Part shown: one piece after another, positions 20,244-30,987 of the stretch
How the letters are laid out: every line of letters starts with the position of its first letter
How positions within the stretch are numbered: position 1 is the first letter of the stretch
From: Candidatus Gottesmanbacteria bacterium
Lineage (GTDB): Bacteria > Patescibacteriota > Microgenomatia > UBA10105 > UBA927
Length of the DNA stretch: 64,000 bases
Reading direction: 5' to 3'
Assembly (NCBI GenBank): GCA_963809665.1
Contig: CAWEKC010000001.1
Span: 158,219-222,218, forward strand
Made by a program: the position numbers and the translations under genes
Notes under the pieces: generated by a model
The model's input: only the letters and a program-made list of their open reading frames with translations
Database searches by the model: none
What the model was told of the DNA's origin: nothing

Positions 20244-20717
20244 TTACCATTTAAAATGCGCGAAGGCGCGGTTGGCTTCCGCCATGCGAAGGACAGTATC
20301 GCGCCGTTTCACCGCTTCCCCCTGACCCTTGGCGGCTTCCATAAGCTCCGCGGCTAATTTCTGGGAAAATGAGTGGAATTCGCGGTTACTCCGTTTATTG
20401 GCAAACTGTACAATCCACCGCATAGCAAGCGCCATACGGCGGTCTCCCCGTACTTCCGTGGGTACCTGGTACGAGGCTCCCCCCACACGGCGGGCTTTCA
20501 CTTCCATTTTGGGGCCTACGGTATTCATGGCAAGTTCAAACACTTTAATAGGATCCTCGCCTTTTTCTTTAATGATATCGAGGGCTTTGTATACTTCAGT
20601 CTGTGCGGCCTGTTTTTTACCGTGTCGCATTACCCTGTTGATAAACCGGGTCAGCAAACGGTTCCCGTACACGGGGTCTGCTTCCGGAATGATTTTAATA
20701 ACGCGTCCTGATCTCAT
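20244..20717 (-). CDS. rpsG: 30S ribosomal protein uS7
   Basis: RRVGGASYQVP, MAEANRAFAH. Confidence 0.98.
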   Translation of the reverse strand: MRSGRVIKIIPEADPVYGNRLLTRFINRVMRHGKKQAAQTEVYKALDIIKEKGEDPIKVFELAMNTVGPKMEVKARRVGGASYQVPTEVRGDRRMALAMRWIVQFANKRSNREFHSFSQKLAAELMEAAKGQGEAVKRRDTVLRMAEANRAFAHFKW

Positions 20718-20733
20718 AATTTTTTATTATTTC

Positions 20734-21171
20734 TTAACTTGCTGCGGCTGTCGTAGGACCCGGTCCTCCGGCTTTGGCGCCGTAGCGCGACCTGCCTTTT
20801 TTACGGTTGGCTACCCCGCTTGAATCATATTTACCCCGTACGATATGGTATTTCACACCGGGAAGATCGGGAACACGACCGCCACGGATGAGTACTATTG
20901 CGTGTTCGGTTAATTCGTGGCCGATACCCGGAATATAGGCAGTCACTTCCTGTTTATTTGAGAGTCTCACACGGGCAACTTTCCGGAGGGCCGAATTTGG
21001 CTTTTTCGGCGTCATGGTTTTAACCAGCGTGACCACTCCCCGCTTAAAGGGTGCCGGCACCTGCGTCGTTAACCGGTCTTTGGCATTGAAAAACTTCCGC
21101 AGCGCGGTTGCTTTAATTTTTTTGGACTTATGGTGCCGTCCGTATTTGACTAATTGGTTAATGGTAGGCAT
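20734..21171 (-). CDS. rpsL: 30S ribosomal protein uS12
   Basis: [18 protein letters not shown]. Confidence 0.98.
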   Translation of the reverse strand: MPTINQLVKYGRHHKSKKIKATALRKFFNAKDRLTTQVPAPFKRGVVTLVKTMTPKKPNSALRKVARVRLSNKQEVTAYIPGIGHELTEHAIVLIRGGRVPDLPGVKYHIVRGKYDSSGVANRKKGRSRYGAKAGGPGPTTAAAS

Positions 21172-21172
21172 A

Positions 21173-24100
21173 TTAGACTGTTTTCATCTGCGCCCGGTCC
21201 GCTGAAACAGGGATCAGACGTCCGATTATAACATTTTCTTTGAGTCCTAAAAGTTTATCTTCTTTGGCGGCAAGTGCGGCATCGGTTAATACGTTGGTCG
21301 TTTCCTGGAATGATGCGGCAGAAAGCCATGATTCGGTAAACAGCGATGCCCGCGTAATACCCAGAACGACAATCTGCGCGGTCGCCGGTTCGCCACCGGC
21401 TGCCAGTACCCGTGCGTTTTCTTCCTGGAAACGCATGCGGTCAACGAGCTCGCCCGGCAATAACATCGTATCGCCGCTGGTGTCCACACGGACTTTATCG
21501 CTCATCTTGCGGACGATCACTTCGAAATGTTTATCGTGAATCATAATTCCCTGTGATTCATACACGCGCTGTATTTCCGTAATCAGATATTTCTGCGCCC
21601 CGCGCAGGCCGCGGACGGCCAAGACTTCTTTAAGATCCAAGTAGCCGCTCGCGAGCTGGTCGCCTGCCGCCACGAGCTCCCCTTCTTTCACCTTAAGTTC
21701 GCTGGTTAACGGAATCACATATTCACGCTCTTCCGGCGGTTTGATCGTAGTATTGCGTACCCGGATTTTATATCCGTCTTCGGTTTCGACAACTTCCACT
21801 TTCCCTGCAATTTCAGAAATCGGCGAGAGTATACGCGGCATACGGGATTCAAACAATTCCTCAACCCGGGGCAGCCCCTGAGTCACGTCCAGCCCGACGA
21901 TTCCTCCAGCGTGACGCACCCGCATCGTCAGTTGCGTACCGGGTTCACCGATGGACTGCGCGGCAATTACCCCGACAGGGGTACCTAATTCAACCCACGC
22001 ATCTGAGCTGAAATCGCGGCCATAACATTTGGCACACATACCGAACGGCGCCTGACAGGAAAGTGCGCTTCGAAGTAAAACCGATTCTACATTGTGTTCA
22101 TCCAGTAATTTGGCATTCTCTTCCGTAATCTCTTCACCCTTGGCGATAAGTACTTTTTTGCTGTTGGGCGCCATGACATCAGCCGCGACGAATCTTCCGA
22201 TCGTCCGCGTAATAAACGACGCCTGGCGGTCCTCGCGGCGGTTTACTTCCCAGCCTTCACTCGTTCCGCAATCGTCCATTCTCACGATCATATCGTGAGA
22301 TACGTCTACAAGCCGGCGGGTAAGATATCCTGCATCGGCTGTTTTGAGGGCTGAGTCGGTCAAACCTTTACGGGAGCCTCTCGTAGATGTTACGTATTCA
22401 AAAATGGAAAGTCCTTCGCGGTAATTGCTTTTGGTCGGCAGTTCGACGATCTTACCCAACGGGTCCACAACTAATCCTTTTATGGCGGACAACTGCTTGA
22501 GCTGGTCTTTGGAGGCACGGGCTGACCCGGAATCGATGATCATTTTCACCGGGTTATTGGCCGGCATTTGCTGCCATGTCATATCCGCGAGCCTCTCCGT
22601 AATTTCAATCCAGATTTCGTTGCTGAGGCGCCGTTTTTCCTCGAGCGTAATCAACCCCTGCTGATAGTTGCCGTCAATTTCAGTCACTTTCTTTTCCGCT
22701 CCGGCGACAATCGCCGCCTTTTCACTGATCATGACGCAGTCAAATACCGATACGGACAACCCTCCGCAAATGGTCGCTCCCATGAAGCCGATGTTTTTGA
22801 TGGCATCAATAAGCGTGACAACTTCTTCTTTCGGGTACAATTTCAGTGCTTTGGTTATGATCGTCTTAACCGTTGCCGATTTGACCGGCGTATTCATGAA
22901 GCGCAATCCTTCCGGCAAAATTTCGTTAAAGAGAACTTTCCCGACGGTTGTAACGATAAGCTCATTTGCGACACGTACTTTAATCGGAACGCGGAGAGCA
23001 ACTCTCTCCGTCTGGTAGGCAAAAATTGCCTCCGCCTCACTGGCAAATACCGTAAGATTTTTTTCATCAGTCGGTGCCGTAGTCTCGATGGTGGTCAGGT
23101 AATAACATCCCAATACCATTTCTTTATTGGGTACCGTGATGGGAGAGCCGTCAGCGGGTTTCAAAAGATTGTGCGTCGGCAGCATCAAATGGATAGCTTC
23201 ATGCTGCGCTTCTCCGGAGAGCGGAATGTGGACGGCCATCTGATCACCGTCAAAGTCCGCATTGTATCCCGCACACACACACGGGTGAATACGGATAGCG
23301 GATCCTTCTATAAGGATCGGATAAAACGCCTGGATACCCAGTTTGTGCAATGTAGGGGCGCGGTTCAGGAGTACCGGATGATTCTTGGTAATTTCCTCAA
23401 GGATGTCGAATACCTCAGGTGTCCGTCGTTCCAAAACGTTTTTAGCGTTTTTCACGTTAGGGGCAATACCACGGACAATGAGCTCGCGTAATACAAATGG
23501 TTTGAACATTTCAAGCGCCATTTCCTTCGGTATTCCGCATTGGGTAAGATCCAATTCCGGTCCTACAATAATGACGGAACGACCGGAATAGTCCACGCGT
23601 TTCCCCAAAAGGTTCTGCCTAAACCGACCTTGTTTCCCTCGGAGCATATCGGAAAGTGAGCGCAAGGGGGCAATGACAGCCCGTGAACTGGGGCGCTGCG
23701 TTACATCGATTAAACTATCAACCGCTTCCTGAAGCATCCGTTTTTCGTTACGCAAAATAATTTCCGGCGCACCAAGATCCATGAGATGTTTCAGGCGGTT
23801 GTTCCGGTTAATGACACGGCGGTATAAATCATTCAGGTCACTGGTGGCGAACCGCCCGCCGGTCAACTGCACCATGGGCCGCAGATCCGGAGGTATCACG
23901 GGCAACGTATTGAGAATCATCCATGTCGGATTGACAGAGGCTTTCCGCATTCCGTCAACGAGGCGGAGCCGCTTTGTTGCTTTAATGTGACGCTGTCCGC
24001 TGGTATTCTGGATTTCCTCGCGAAGTCCTGCCGCCAGCTTGTCCAAATCAAGTTTCTTAACAACCTCAAGAATGGCCTCAGCGCCCATCCGGACCTCAAA

Positions 24101-24895
24101 ACAACCCGTTGCATCATACTCAAACAACCGGAGGTATTCATCTTCCGTCAACGTATTGAGAGGCCGTATTGATTTAACGATCGCGATAACCTGATCAACG
24201 ATGGCTTTAATCTTTTCTTTTTCCTGGCTTCCCTGATCTTCAATTTTTGACGTTTCCTGGTGTTCCTTAAGTGTTAATTCCGAGACGGCCATATCGCGGG
24301 CTTCTGGACTCGTTACGCGCTCCTTCGTCGCGTCTTTGTCTTTTACGTATTTTTTATGAATTTCCCCAACTTCTTCCTTAATGCGCTTTTCCGTCACTTC
24401 CATGCGTTCTTTTCCGAGGTCATTCAACCGGCCGAGTATTTCTTTACGTTTTTCCTCATCAACTTTTGTGACAAGATACTGGGCAAAATAAATAACTTCT
24501 TCAAGCGCCCGCGGGCTGATATCCAATAAAAGGGAAAGCTTGCTCGGTGCCCCTTTGAAATACCATACGTGGGCGACCGGAGCCACAAGCGCAATGTGAC
24601 CCATACGCTCCCGACGGACCTTGCTCTGGGTTACCTCGACGCCGCATTTGTCGCATATGATCCCCCTGTACCGGATCCTTTTGTATTTACCGCAGTAACA
24701 TTCCCAATCCTTGGTAGGACCGAAAATCCGCTCGTCAAATAATCCGTCTTTTTCGGGTTTCAGCGTCCGGTAATTGATAGTTTCCGGTTTGGTGACCTCG
24801 CCATATGACCATGCTTTAATCTCCTCCGGTGAGGCAATAGTAATTTTTAAACCTGCAAAATCGACGATGTTTGCAAATGTTGCTTTTTTATCCAT
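21173..24895 (-). CDS. rpoC: RNA polymerase beta' subunit
   Basis: [13 protein letters not shown], zinc fingers, coiled-coil insertion near the N-terminus. Confidence 0.99.
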   Translation of the reverse strand: MDKKATFANIVDFAGLKITIASPEEIKAWSYGEVTKPETINYRTLKPEKDGLFDERIFGPTKDWECYCGKYKRIRYRGIICDKCGVEVTQSKVRRERMGHIALVAPVAHVWYFKGAPSKLSLLLDISPRALEEVIYFAQYLVTKVDEEKRKEILGRLNDLGKERMEVTEKRIKEEVGEIHKKYVKDKDATKERVTSPEARDMAVSELTLKEHQETSKIEDQGSQEKEKIKAIVDQVIAIVKSIRPLNTLTEDEYLRLFEYDATGCFEVRMGAEAILEVVKKLDLDKLAAGLREEIQNTSGQRHIKATKRLRLVDGMRKASVNPTWMILNTLPVIPPDLRPMVQLTGGRFATSDLNDLYRRVINRNNRLKHLMDLGAPEIILRNEKRMLQEAVDSLIDVTQRPSSRAVIAPLRSLSDMLRGKQGRFRQNLLGKRVDYSGRSVIIVGPELDLTQCGIPKEMALEMFKPFVLRELIVRGIAPNVKNAKNVLERRTPEVFDILEEITKNHPVLLNRAPTLHKLGIQAFYPILIEGSAIRIHPCVCAGYNADFDGDQMAVHIPLSGEAQHEAIHLMLPTHNLLKPADGSPITVPNKEMVLGCYYLTTIETTAPTDEKNLTVFASEAEAIFAYQTERVALRVPIKVRVANELIVTTVGKVLFNEILPEGLRFMNTPVKSATVKTIITKALKLYPKEEVVTLIDAIKNIGFMGATICGGLSVSVFDCVMISEKAAIVAGAEKKVTEIDGNYQQGLITLEEKRRLSNEIWIEITERLADMTWQQMPANNPVKMIIDSGSARASKDQLKQLSAIKGLVVDPLGKIVELPTKSNYREGLSIFEYVTSTRGSRKGLTDSALKTADAGYLTRRLVDVSHDMIVRMDDCGTSEGWEVNRREDRQASFITRTIGRFVAADVMAPNSKKVLIAKGEEITEENAKLLDEHNVESVLLRSALSCQAPFGMCAKCYGRDFSSDAWVELGTPVGVIAAQSIGEPGTQLTMRVRHAGGIVGLDVTQGLPRVEELFESRMPRILSPISEIAGKVEVVETEDGYKIRVRNTTIKPPEEREYVIPLTSELKVKEGELVAAGDQLASGYLDLKEVLAVRGLRGAQKYLITEIQRVYESQGIMIHDKHFEVIVRKMSDKVRVDTSGDTMLLPGELVDRMRFQEENARVLAAGGEPATAQIVVLGITRASLFTESWLSAASFQETTNVLTDAALAAKEDKLLGLKENVIIGRLIPVSADRAQMKTV

Positions 24896-27800
24896 GAGCC
24901 TCCGCTTCTACAACAACTTCTTCCCCGCTGGCTTTTGCAATTTCTACAGCTTCTTTTTTCACCGTGGCCTCCGCAACCGTAGCCGTAGGTACAGGAGGTT
25001 TGACTGTCACGACACCGGTCGGATTGACGTTAAGACCTAAGGCCTGCAGTTCTTTCACCAATACTTTGAATGATTCAGGAATGGTAGATTCCGGTATGTC
25101 CGTTCCTTTGACAATGGCCTCAAATGCCTTGGCGCGGCCGACAACGTCATCGGATTTAATCGTAAGCATTTCCTGTAAAATATGTGCGGCACGGTGTGAC
25201 TCAAGCGCCCAGACTTCCATCTCTCCGAGTCTCTGTCCGCCCATCTGGGCCTTACCACCCAAGGGCTGTTGTGTAACGAGAGAGTACGGGCCGGTGCTGC
25301 GGGCATGCGTCTTATCCTCGACCATATGGATAAGTTTCATAATGTATCCAACTCCTACCACGATCGGTTCTTTATATGCTAGACCGGTCCGGCCGTCAAA
25401 TAACGTGCTTTTGCCTGATACCGGGACATTAGCTTCCTTGAGTTTTTCGATAATTTTATCTTCTCCGACGTGTTCAAATACCGGCAATGCCACTTTAATA
25501 TTTAATTTCTTCGCAGCCAAACCCAAATGAGCTTCAAGAAGCTGTCCCAGGTTCATACGCGAAAGAACGGAAAGCGGAGAAATGATGACATCCACGACAG
25601 TACCGTCCGAAAGATACGGCATGTCGGACTGTGGAACGACTTTAGAAATAACGCCTTTATTTCCGTGACGGCCGGCAAGTTTATCTCCGACCACGACTTT
25701 ACGCATCTGGGCAACTTTAACAACGATCTTGCGGTTTGTACCCGGCTCAAGTTCATCGCCTTTCTCTTTATCCAGAATCTTAACTTCAATAACCGTGCCG
25801 CGCTCGCCATGCGGGACGCGAAGAGACGTATCTCTCACCTCACGGGCTTTTTCACCGAATATAGCCCGCAGTAACCGTTCTTCTGCGGTAAGTTCCGTCT
25901 CGCCTTTCGGGGCAATCTTACCGATAAGAATATCATTGGGTCCCACCTCTGCTCCCACGACTACTATGCCGTTTTCATCCAGATTCCGGAGCGCTTCCTC
26001 TCCGACATTGGGAATATCGCGAGTCGTTTCCTCCGGGCCTAACTTCGTATCAACGACACTTGCATCGTATTCTTCTATATGAACTGACGTGAGTACATCA
26101 TCACGGACGAGTCTGTCGGAAATAACAATGGCATCCTCATATCCCAATCCGTCAAAACTCATGTAGGCAATGGTGACGTTGGCGCCCAACGCTAATTCCC
26201 CGTCTTCGCTGGCCGGCCCCTCGATAAGCACCTGGCCTTTTTTCACTTTTTCGCCTGACCGCACCATAACACGCTGGTTATAACAGGTAGACTGGGCGGA
26301 CCGGGTAAATTTCTGTAGTGTATATGTAGTCGTTTCTCCGTCTTTGGATTCAAATACAACAGAAGCTCCGTCTGCAAATGTAACTGTCCCGTCATCTTTC
26401 GCCGTTACAACCCGCCCCATGGTGGAGGATATGGCGCCTTCCATGCCGGTGCCCACAATGGGCGTTTGCGGAATAACGAGCGGTACTGCCTGACATTGCA
26501 TGTGTGTTCCCATAAGAGCCCGGTTGGCTTCATCATGAGCCAAAAACGGAATAAGGGATGCAGGTGCACCAACGACCTGCCGCGGAACAACATCGATGTA
26601 TTCAACAACAGTCGCGTCTGCTTCCAAAAACTCACCCTTGTACCGGACCGGAATACGCTCCGATACGATATATCCGTCTTCCGAAACCGCAATTCCAGCG
26701 TGAGTAATATAATGATATTGTTCGTCGCTGGCATCCAAATAGGCGGTTTGGTCAGTGACCCGCATCCGGGTTTTTTCACCGCGGGTGATTTTTTCAATTT
26801 TACGGTATGGAGTTTCCAAAAATCCGTATTCATTTGCACGCGCATAGAGAGACATATAGGTAACGAGTCCGATATTAGGCCCTTCAGGAGACCTCACCGG
26901 ACAGATACGTCCGTATTGAGACGCATTGATATCACGGATCGAAAACGAAGCACGTTCACGGGAAATCCCCCCGACACCCATTACAGTGAGACGGCGGAGG
27001 TTATCCACTTCAGCCAACGGATTCGTCTGATCTAAAATGGTTGAAAGCTGGCTGGTACGGAAAAAGTCGTTAATCGAGGCAATAATCGGACGCGCATTAA
27101 CCAGCTGCATCGGTGTAAGATCTTCCGCTGCCGGTCCTGCCAAGCTCATTTTCTCACGGACGGACCGCTCTAAACGCAAAAGGCCAACGCGGAACGCATT
27201 TGTCGCTACCAATTCACCCACCCGCCGGACGCGTCGGTTGCCCAGGTGATCAATATCATCCACATCGCCTTTATGGTTTGTAAGATTAACAAGATACCGG
27301 ATCGCACCGATGATATCCTCGCGCGTTAAAACCCAATGATCTTTATCGTTTGTGACGTTAATTCCCAGCTTTTTATTCATCTTATACCGTCCCACACGTT
27401 CAAGTGAGTAACGGCGGTAATCAAAAAACATCGTGCGGAGTAATTCCTGTGCATTATCGAGTACTATGGGTTCGCCCGGCCGGAGTTTCCGGTAGAGCTC
27501 CAGAACTGCCTCCGTCTGACTTTTAGTCGGATCTTTTGTTAACGTCGCTTCTATGTATTTATGATCCGGATTCGTATCAACATCTTTGAAAATATTGATT
27601 ATTTCCTCGTTCGTTGACATGCCGATAGCACGGAGGAACGTGCTCGCCACAAACTTTCGCCTTCGGTCAATTCGCACCATGACAACGTCGTTACGTGTCA
27701 CGATGAATTCGAGCCAGCTTCCGTGCATCGGACGGATTTCTGCGCTGTACAGGGTTTTGCCCGTTGCTGAATCCACGGTGCCGGTGAAGTAAATGCCCGG

Positions 27801-28208
27801 GCTGCGTACGAGCTGGTTAACCACGCAGCGTTCAATACCGTTAATAATGAATGTTCCGTTTTCAGTCATGGCCGGAATATCACCCAAGAAAACTTCCTGC
27901 ATCACGCGGTGTCCTGTCTGTTTGTTAATAAGTGTTGCCATAACTTTGAGAGGCATATCAAACGTAAGTCCTTTTTCAAGGGCCACAAGGGGGGTGAGGC
28001 GCGGGCGGCCGAAAAAGTAATCGCCAAATGATAATTCCCAATTCTTTCCGGTGAAATCTGAAATCGGAGAAACTTCGCTCAGGAGATCTTTAATACCGGT
28101 TTCCAAAAACCACTGATACGATTCTCTCTGTACCAGGGTTAAATCAAGTTGGGGAAGGTTCTTTACATCCGTGTCCCACAATCGTTTGTTCGTAGTATCT
28201 TTTGCCAT
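24888..28208 (-). CDS. rpoB: RNA polymerase beta subunit
   Basis: GDKLAGRHGNKG, GGQRLGEME. Confidence 0.99.
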   Translation of the reverse strand: MAKDTTNKRLWDTDVKNLPQLDLTLVQRESYQWFLETGIKDLLSEVSPISDFTGKNWELSFGDYFFGRPRLTPLVALEKGLTFDMPLKVMATLINKQTGHRVMQEVFLGDIPAMTENGTFIINGIERCVVNQLVRSPGIYFTGTVDSATGKTLYSAEIRPMHGSWLEFIVTRNDVVMVRIDRRRKFVASTFLRAIGMSTNEEIINIFKDVDTNPDHKYIEATLTKDPTKSQTEAVLELYRKLRPGEPIVLDNAQELLRTMFFDYRRYSLERVGRYKMNKKLGINVTNDKDHWVLTREDIIGAIRYLVNLTNHKGDVDDIDHLGNRRVRRVGELVATNAFRVGLLRLERSVREKMSLAGPAAEDLTPMQLVNARPIIASINDFFRTSQLSTILDQTNPLAEVDNLRRLTVMGVGGISRERASFSIRDINASQYGRICPVRSPEGPNIGLVTYMSLYARANEYGFLETPYRKIEKITRGEKTRMRVTDQTAYLDASDEQYHYITHAGIAVSEDGYIVSERIPVRYKGEFLEADATVVEYIDVVPRQVVGAPASLIPFLAHDEANRALMGTHMQCQAVPLVIPQTPIVGTGMEGAISSTMGRVVTAKDDGTVTFADGASVVFESKDGETTTYTLQKFTRSAQSTCYNQRVMVRSGEKVKKGQVLIEGPASEDGELALGANVTIAYMSFDGLGYEDAIVISDRLVRDDVLTSVHIEEYDASVVDTKLGPEETTRDIPNVGEEALRNLDENGIVVVGAEVGPNDILIGKIAPKGETELTAEERLLRAIFGEKAREVRDTSLRVPHGERGTVIEVKILDKEKGDELEPGTNRKIVVKVAQMRKVVVGDKLAGRHGNKGVISKVVPQSDMPYLSDGTVVDVIISPLSVLSRMNLGQLLEAHLGLAAKKLNIKVALPVFEHVGEDKIIEKLKEANVPVSGKSTLFDGRTGLAYKEPIVVGVGYIMKLIHMVEDKTHARSTGPYSLVTQQPLGGKAQMGGQRLGEMEVWALESHRAAHILQEMLTIKSDDVVGRAKAFEAIVKGTDIPESTIPESFKVLVKELQALGLNVNPTGVVTVKPPVPTATVAEATVKKEAVEIAKASGEEVVVEAEAHG

Positions 28209-28233
28209 TGGTGTAATGAATGCGAAACGGTAT

Positions 28234-28251
28234 TCTGCCTGCGCAGGCAGG
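28234..28251. repeat. Palindromic element copy in the rpoB leader
   Basis: Perfect 16-bp palindrome CTGCCTGCGCAGGCAG at 28235-28250. Confidence 0.85.
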
Positions 28252-28264
28252 CTAGTGAACGACG

Positions 28265-28346
28265 AAAAGAAGCGAACAATGAACGTTCGCCTCGTAAAGG
28301 CTATTCGACTAAAGACTAATTATACCTACTTTCCCCTTGTTGTCAA
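28265..28346 (-). promoter_or_regulatory. rpoB promoter with leader hairpin
   Basis: TTGACA(28346-41)-N16-TATAAT(28324-19); GAGGCGAAC-N7-GTTCGCTTC-TTTT. Confidence 0.7.
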
Positions 28347-29386
28347 GCGCCATCGCCTAATTCCAAATTCTTAATCGGCGGGAGGGCGGGACCTGCGGCT
28401 CCCTGAATTTGGCCTACTATCCCTGAAACACCTGCCATTAAGCGATGAACCTGAGACTCGCGCAGCTTCCACGTTCTTTCAAAGACGTTGCGTTCCTTTG
28501 TAATTTGGTCAAGCATATCCGTATATGTGCCCATCATGGATTCAACGATCTGAACGAACTCGTGACTGGTTACGTACGAATAAATTTGCTCTGCCTTCGA
28601 TTGCATTTGGCCGGACAGGAATTTTTGCCTTGCCGTATCTTCAATAGCTTTATGCAAAAGTAAGGCAAGCGGAATAATCAATTTAGGCGAACACACCCAT
28701 ATGCCGTCTTTCAGCCCTAAACCGGTTTTGGCCTCCTCCGGTAATACTTCCGACACAATCGCGGCTGCGTTTGCCTTATCATGCAATCTGTCTTCTTTTA
28801 ATTTGGTAATCCACCCGTCGCTCCAGGCCTTGGTCCGCTTTGACTCCCAAAGAATTATTCCGCAAACGCTCCCGCGCTGGGTTTTAACTGTCTGACGGAT
28901 ATCAGCTCCAAGCACACCCTTCCCGATGGGCTCAATAACATCAGTCGGAATTGCCAGACGGATCGTTTGTTCCAAATCCAGTTCCTGCACTTCACCCTGC
29001 AATTGTTGCGAGCCCTGCGTCGCTTTGCGGTTGGCATCTTCCAGTGCCTTTGTCGTATCCGAAAGTTTTTTTTCCAGTTCGGCAAGTTTATACTTGTCTT
29101 TTTCAATTTGTTCTTCCGCTGCCTTTTTGCTGATACTTTCCCTCTCGCGGTCCAACTGCCGTTGTTTTTCAAGTTCAAACGTGCGCCTCTCTTCATCGAG
29201 TAGATTTTTTTGTTTCCGAATCGCGAGTTCCGCTTCTTCAGCCTTTTCCAAACGCCGTTTCATTACTGAGAGTTCCTCGTCGTGCTTCTTCCGTTCTCCC
29301 GCCAAGAGATCCTCTTCTATCTGATGCGTTAAGGCATCCGTCAGTTCAAAAGATTTATGGCAGTGCGGACACGTAATAGTATTCAT
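28343..29386 (-). CDS. DUF2130-like protein: CxxC, coiled coil, putative PD-(D/E)XK domain
   Basis: ITCPHC, GSQQLQGEVQEL, GADI...ILWESKRTKAWSDGW. Confidence 0.8.
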   Translation of the reverse strand: MNTITCPHCHKSFELTDALTHQIEEDLLAGERKKHDEELSVMKRRLEKAEEAELAIRKQKNLLDEERRTFELEKQRQLDRERESISKKAAEEQIEKDKYKLAELEKKLSDTTKALEDANRKATQGSQQLQGEVQELDLEQTIRLAIPTDVIEPIGKGVLGADIRQTVKTQRGSVCGIILWESKRTKAWSDGWITKLKEDRLHDKANAAAIVSEVLPEEAKTGLGLKDGIWVCSPKLIIPLALLLHKAIEDTARQKFLSGQMQSKAEQIYSYVTSHEFVQIVESMMGTYTDMLDQITKERNVFERTWKLRESQVHRLMAGVSGIVGQIQGAAGPALPPIKNLELGDGA

Positions 29387-30210
29387 ACATTAATATAGAT
29401 ATCCTGATTATATCCTCCGACACCGACATATGTTGCGCGGCCGGCTAGTATATTCTCCAACGGAAGACAATTCCGGCAACCGTCTTTCTGTTTACAGACG
29501 AAACGTTCAAGCTTGCGGGCCAAAACAATCGTTTTTGCATATTCCATCACGCGCATCGTCGCATCTTCCCCGGTCGGTAAGGATACCGCGGTGGGTGCGT
29601 CGTCCCGGTCCAGATACCAGTAACTGGCACCGGCAACTGCTTTCGTCTGGCAGTGGGCGGCAAGCAATAAATAGATTGGCAGCTGCAGTGAGTCTTCATC
29701 TTCATCAAACTTGCCGGTTTTAAAATCTATGATGCGCACCGAATCGGATTCCGGTACGTATTCCAGCCAGTCAATTTTACCGCAGAGAATAATATTGTCC
29801 TCCTCCGAAAGCCAGTAATACGGCAGATCCTGGCGGATTTTAATCGCCTTATTCGCAAGCGGCCCGGGGCCGGCAATCACGCGGCCGATCATTTTGGCTC
29901 CGCGGTCCTTGTACTTTTTTTCCTCCTCGGCGTCGCGAAATGCGCCGCGATCACCGGAAATATGTTTCCATTTTTCTTCATATATATCAAGAAGATTATC
30001 TATGTGCCGGTCCTGCGCCGGTATCGAAGAAAGTGTTTCCAGCGTTTCGTGCACAACCTGCCCGAGTGCCAAAGGCGGCTCCATGAGCATAATTTTATGG
30101 TTTGATTTCGGATCGCGGTAGATATTTTTTAAAAAATATGCACGCGGGCACTTGAGATAATCCCCGATCGAACTATGCGACACCCATACGGCTGAATATT
30201 TATCTTTCAT
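29383..30210 (-). CDS. PD-(D/E)XK nuclease, RecB/AddB/Cas4-like
   Basis: SHSSI..YLKCP, GQVVH, GKIDWL, IIDFKTG, QLPIY, C-terminal C..CRNC. Confidence 0.85.
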   Translation of the reverse strand: MKDKYSAVWVSHSSIGDYLKCPRAYFLKNIYRDPKSNHKIMLMEPPLALGQVVHETLETLSSIPAQDRHIDNLLDIYEEKWKHISGDRGAFRDAEEEKKYKDRGAKMIGRVIAGPGPLANKAIKIRQDLPYYWLSEEDNIILCGKIDWLEYVPESDSVRIIDFKTGKFDEDEDSLQLPIYLLLAAHCQTKAVAGASYWYLDRDDAPTAVSLPTGEDATMRVMEYAKTIVLARKLERFVCKQKDGCRNCLPLENILAGRATYVGVGGYNQDIYINV

Positions 30211-30234
30211 AAAGGTACCCCGTATAATACAACC

Positions 30235-30984
30235 ATGACAACAATATTCCAATCAGATGCGTGGATTTCCGCCTGGCATGAGACGATTGGAAAAGATTGG
30301 GAGCTCGTCGGCAACAATCTAGCAAGCCGCGGCAACGAACTTATCCTCGCTGGTGGATACGAAGTGGCAGACTATATGGATATCCCTGATCCTGCTGCAT
30401 GGGATGAAATTAAAAAAGAATTCCACGGAATGCACCTATCCCTTCGTAATGTTCCGGAAAATTCCCCAACAGTGAAATATTTTTCAATGGAAAAAGAAGA
30501 CACGACACCAATAACTGTGCTCCCTCCTGTTCTTGATAAAAAAAATCAGCATGAGATGAAACGTAAAATCCGTAAGTTTGAGCGTGAACATTTCGACATT
30601 AATTTCCGTGAAAGTAAGGACATTGAAATATTATTTTCCCTCATGAAACTCGATACTCGGAAAAAAGAATTTTTAACACAGAATATGGAAGAATTTTTCC
30701 GCCGGATTATGGAACAGTTCGGCAAACTCACTGTTCTGACAGTTGACAACATACCGGCCGCTGCAATGCTCACATTTTCCGCCGGCGACACGCTCATGGG
30801 CTATAATTCCGGATTTGATGAAACGCATTGTTCAGGCTCGGGATTTTATCTACGTGCCATAATGCTGAAGCGTGCATTCGGGGAAGAGTATAAGAAATTC
30901 AATTTCCTCCAGGGCAGTGAACGGTATAAATATGAACTCGGAGGAAAAGATTTCTTCGTCTATCGGGTTGATGTTACCCTGTGA
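30235..30984 (+). CDS. GNAT-family acetyltransferase (CelD/BcsL-like)
   Basis: YNSGFD, FNFLQGSERYKYELG. Confidence 0.75.
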   Translation: MTTIFQSDAWISAWHETIGKDWELVGNNLASRGNELILAGGYEVADYMDIPDPAAWDEIKKEFHGMHLSLRNVPENSPTVKYFSMEKEDTTPITVLPPVLDKKNQHEMKRKIRKFEREHFDINFRESKDIEILFSLMKLDTRKKEFLTQNMEEFFRRIMEQFGKLTVLTVDNIPAAAMLTFSAGDTLMGYNSGFDETHCSGSGFYLRAIMLKRAFGEEYKKFNFLQGSERYKYELGGKDFFVYRVDVTL

Positions 30985-30987
30985 TAA

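Noticed and set aside
22568-23491. Long plus-strand ORFs opposite rpoC, and similar ones opposite tuf, fusA, pnp, nusA and dnaK
   Set aside because: Antisense shadows of conserved genes with no motifs or start signals
29383-30210. CRISPR-Cas locus suggested by the Cas4-like nuclease
   Set aside because: No repeat-spacer array or other cas genes in the window
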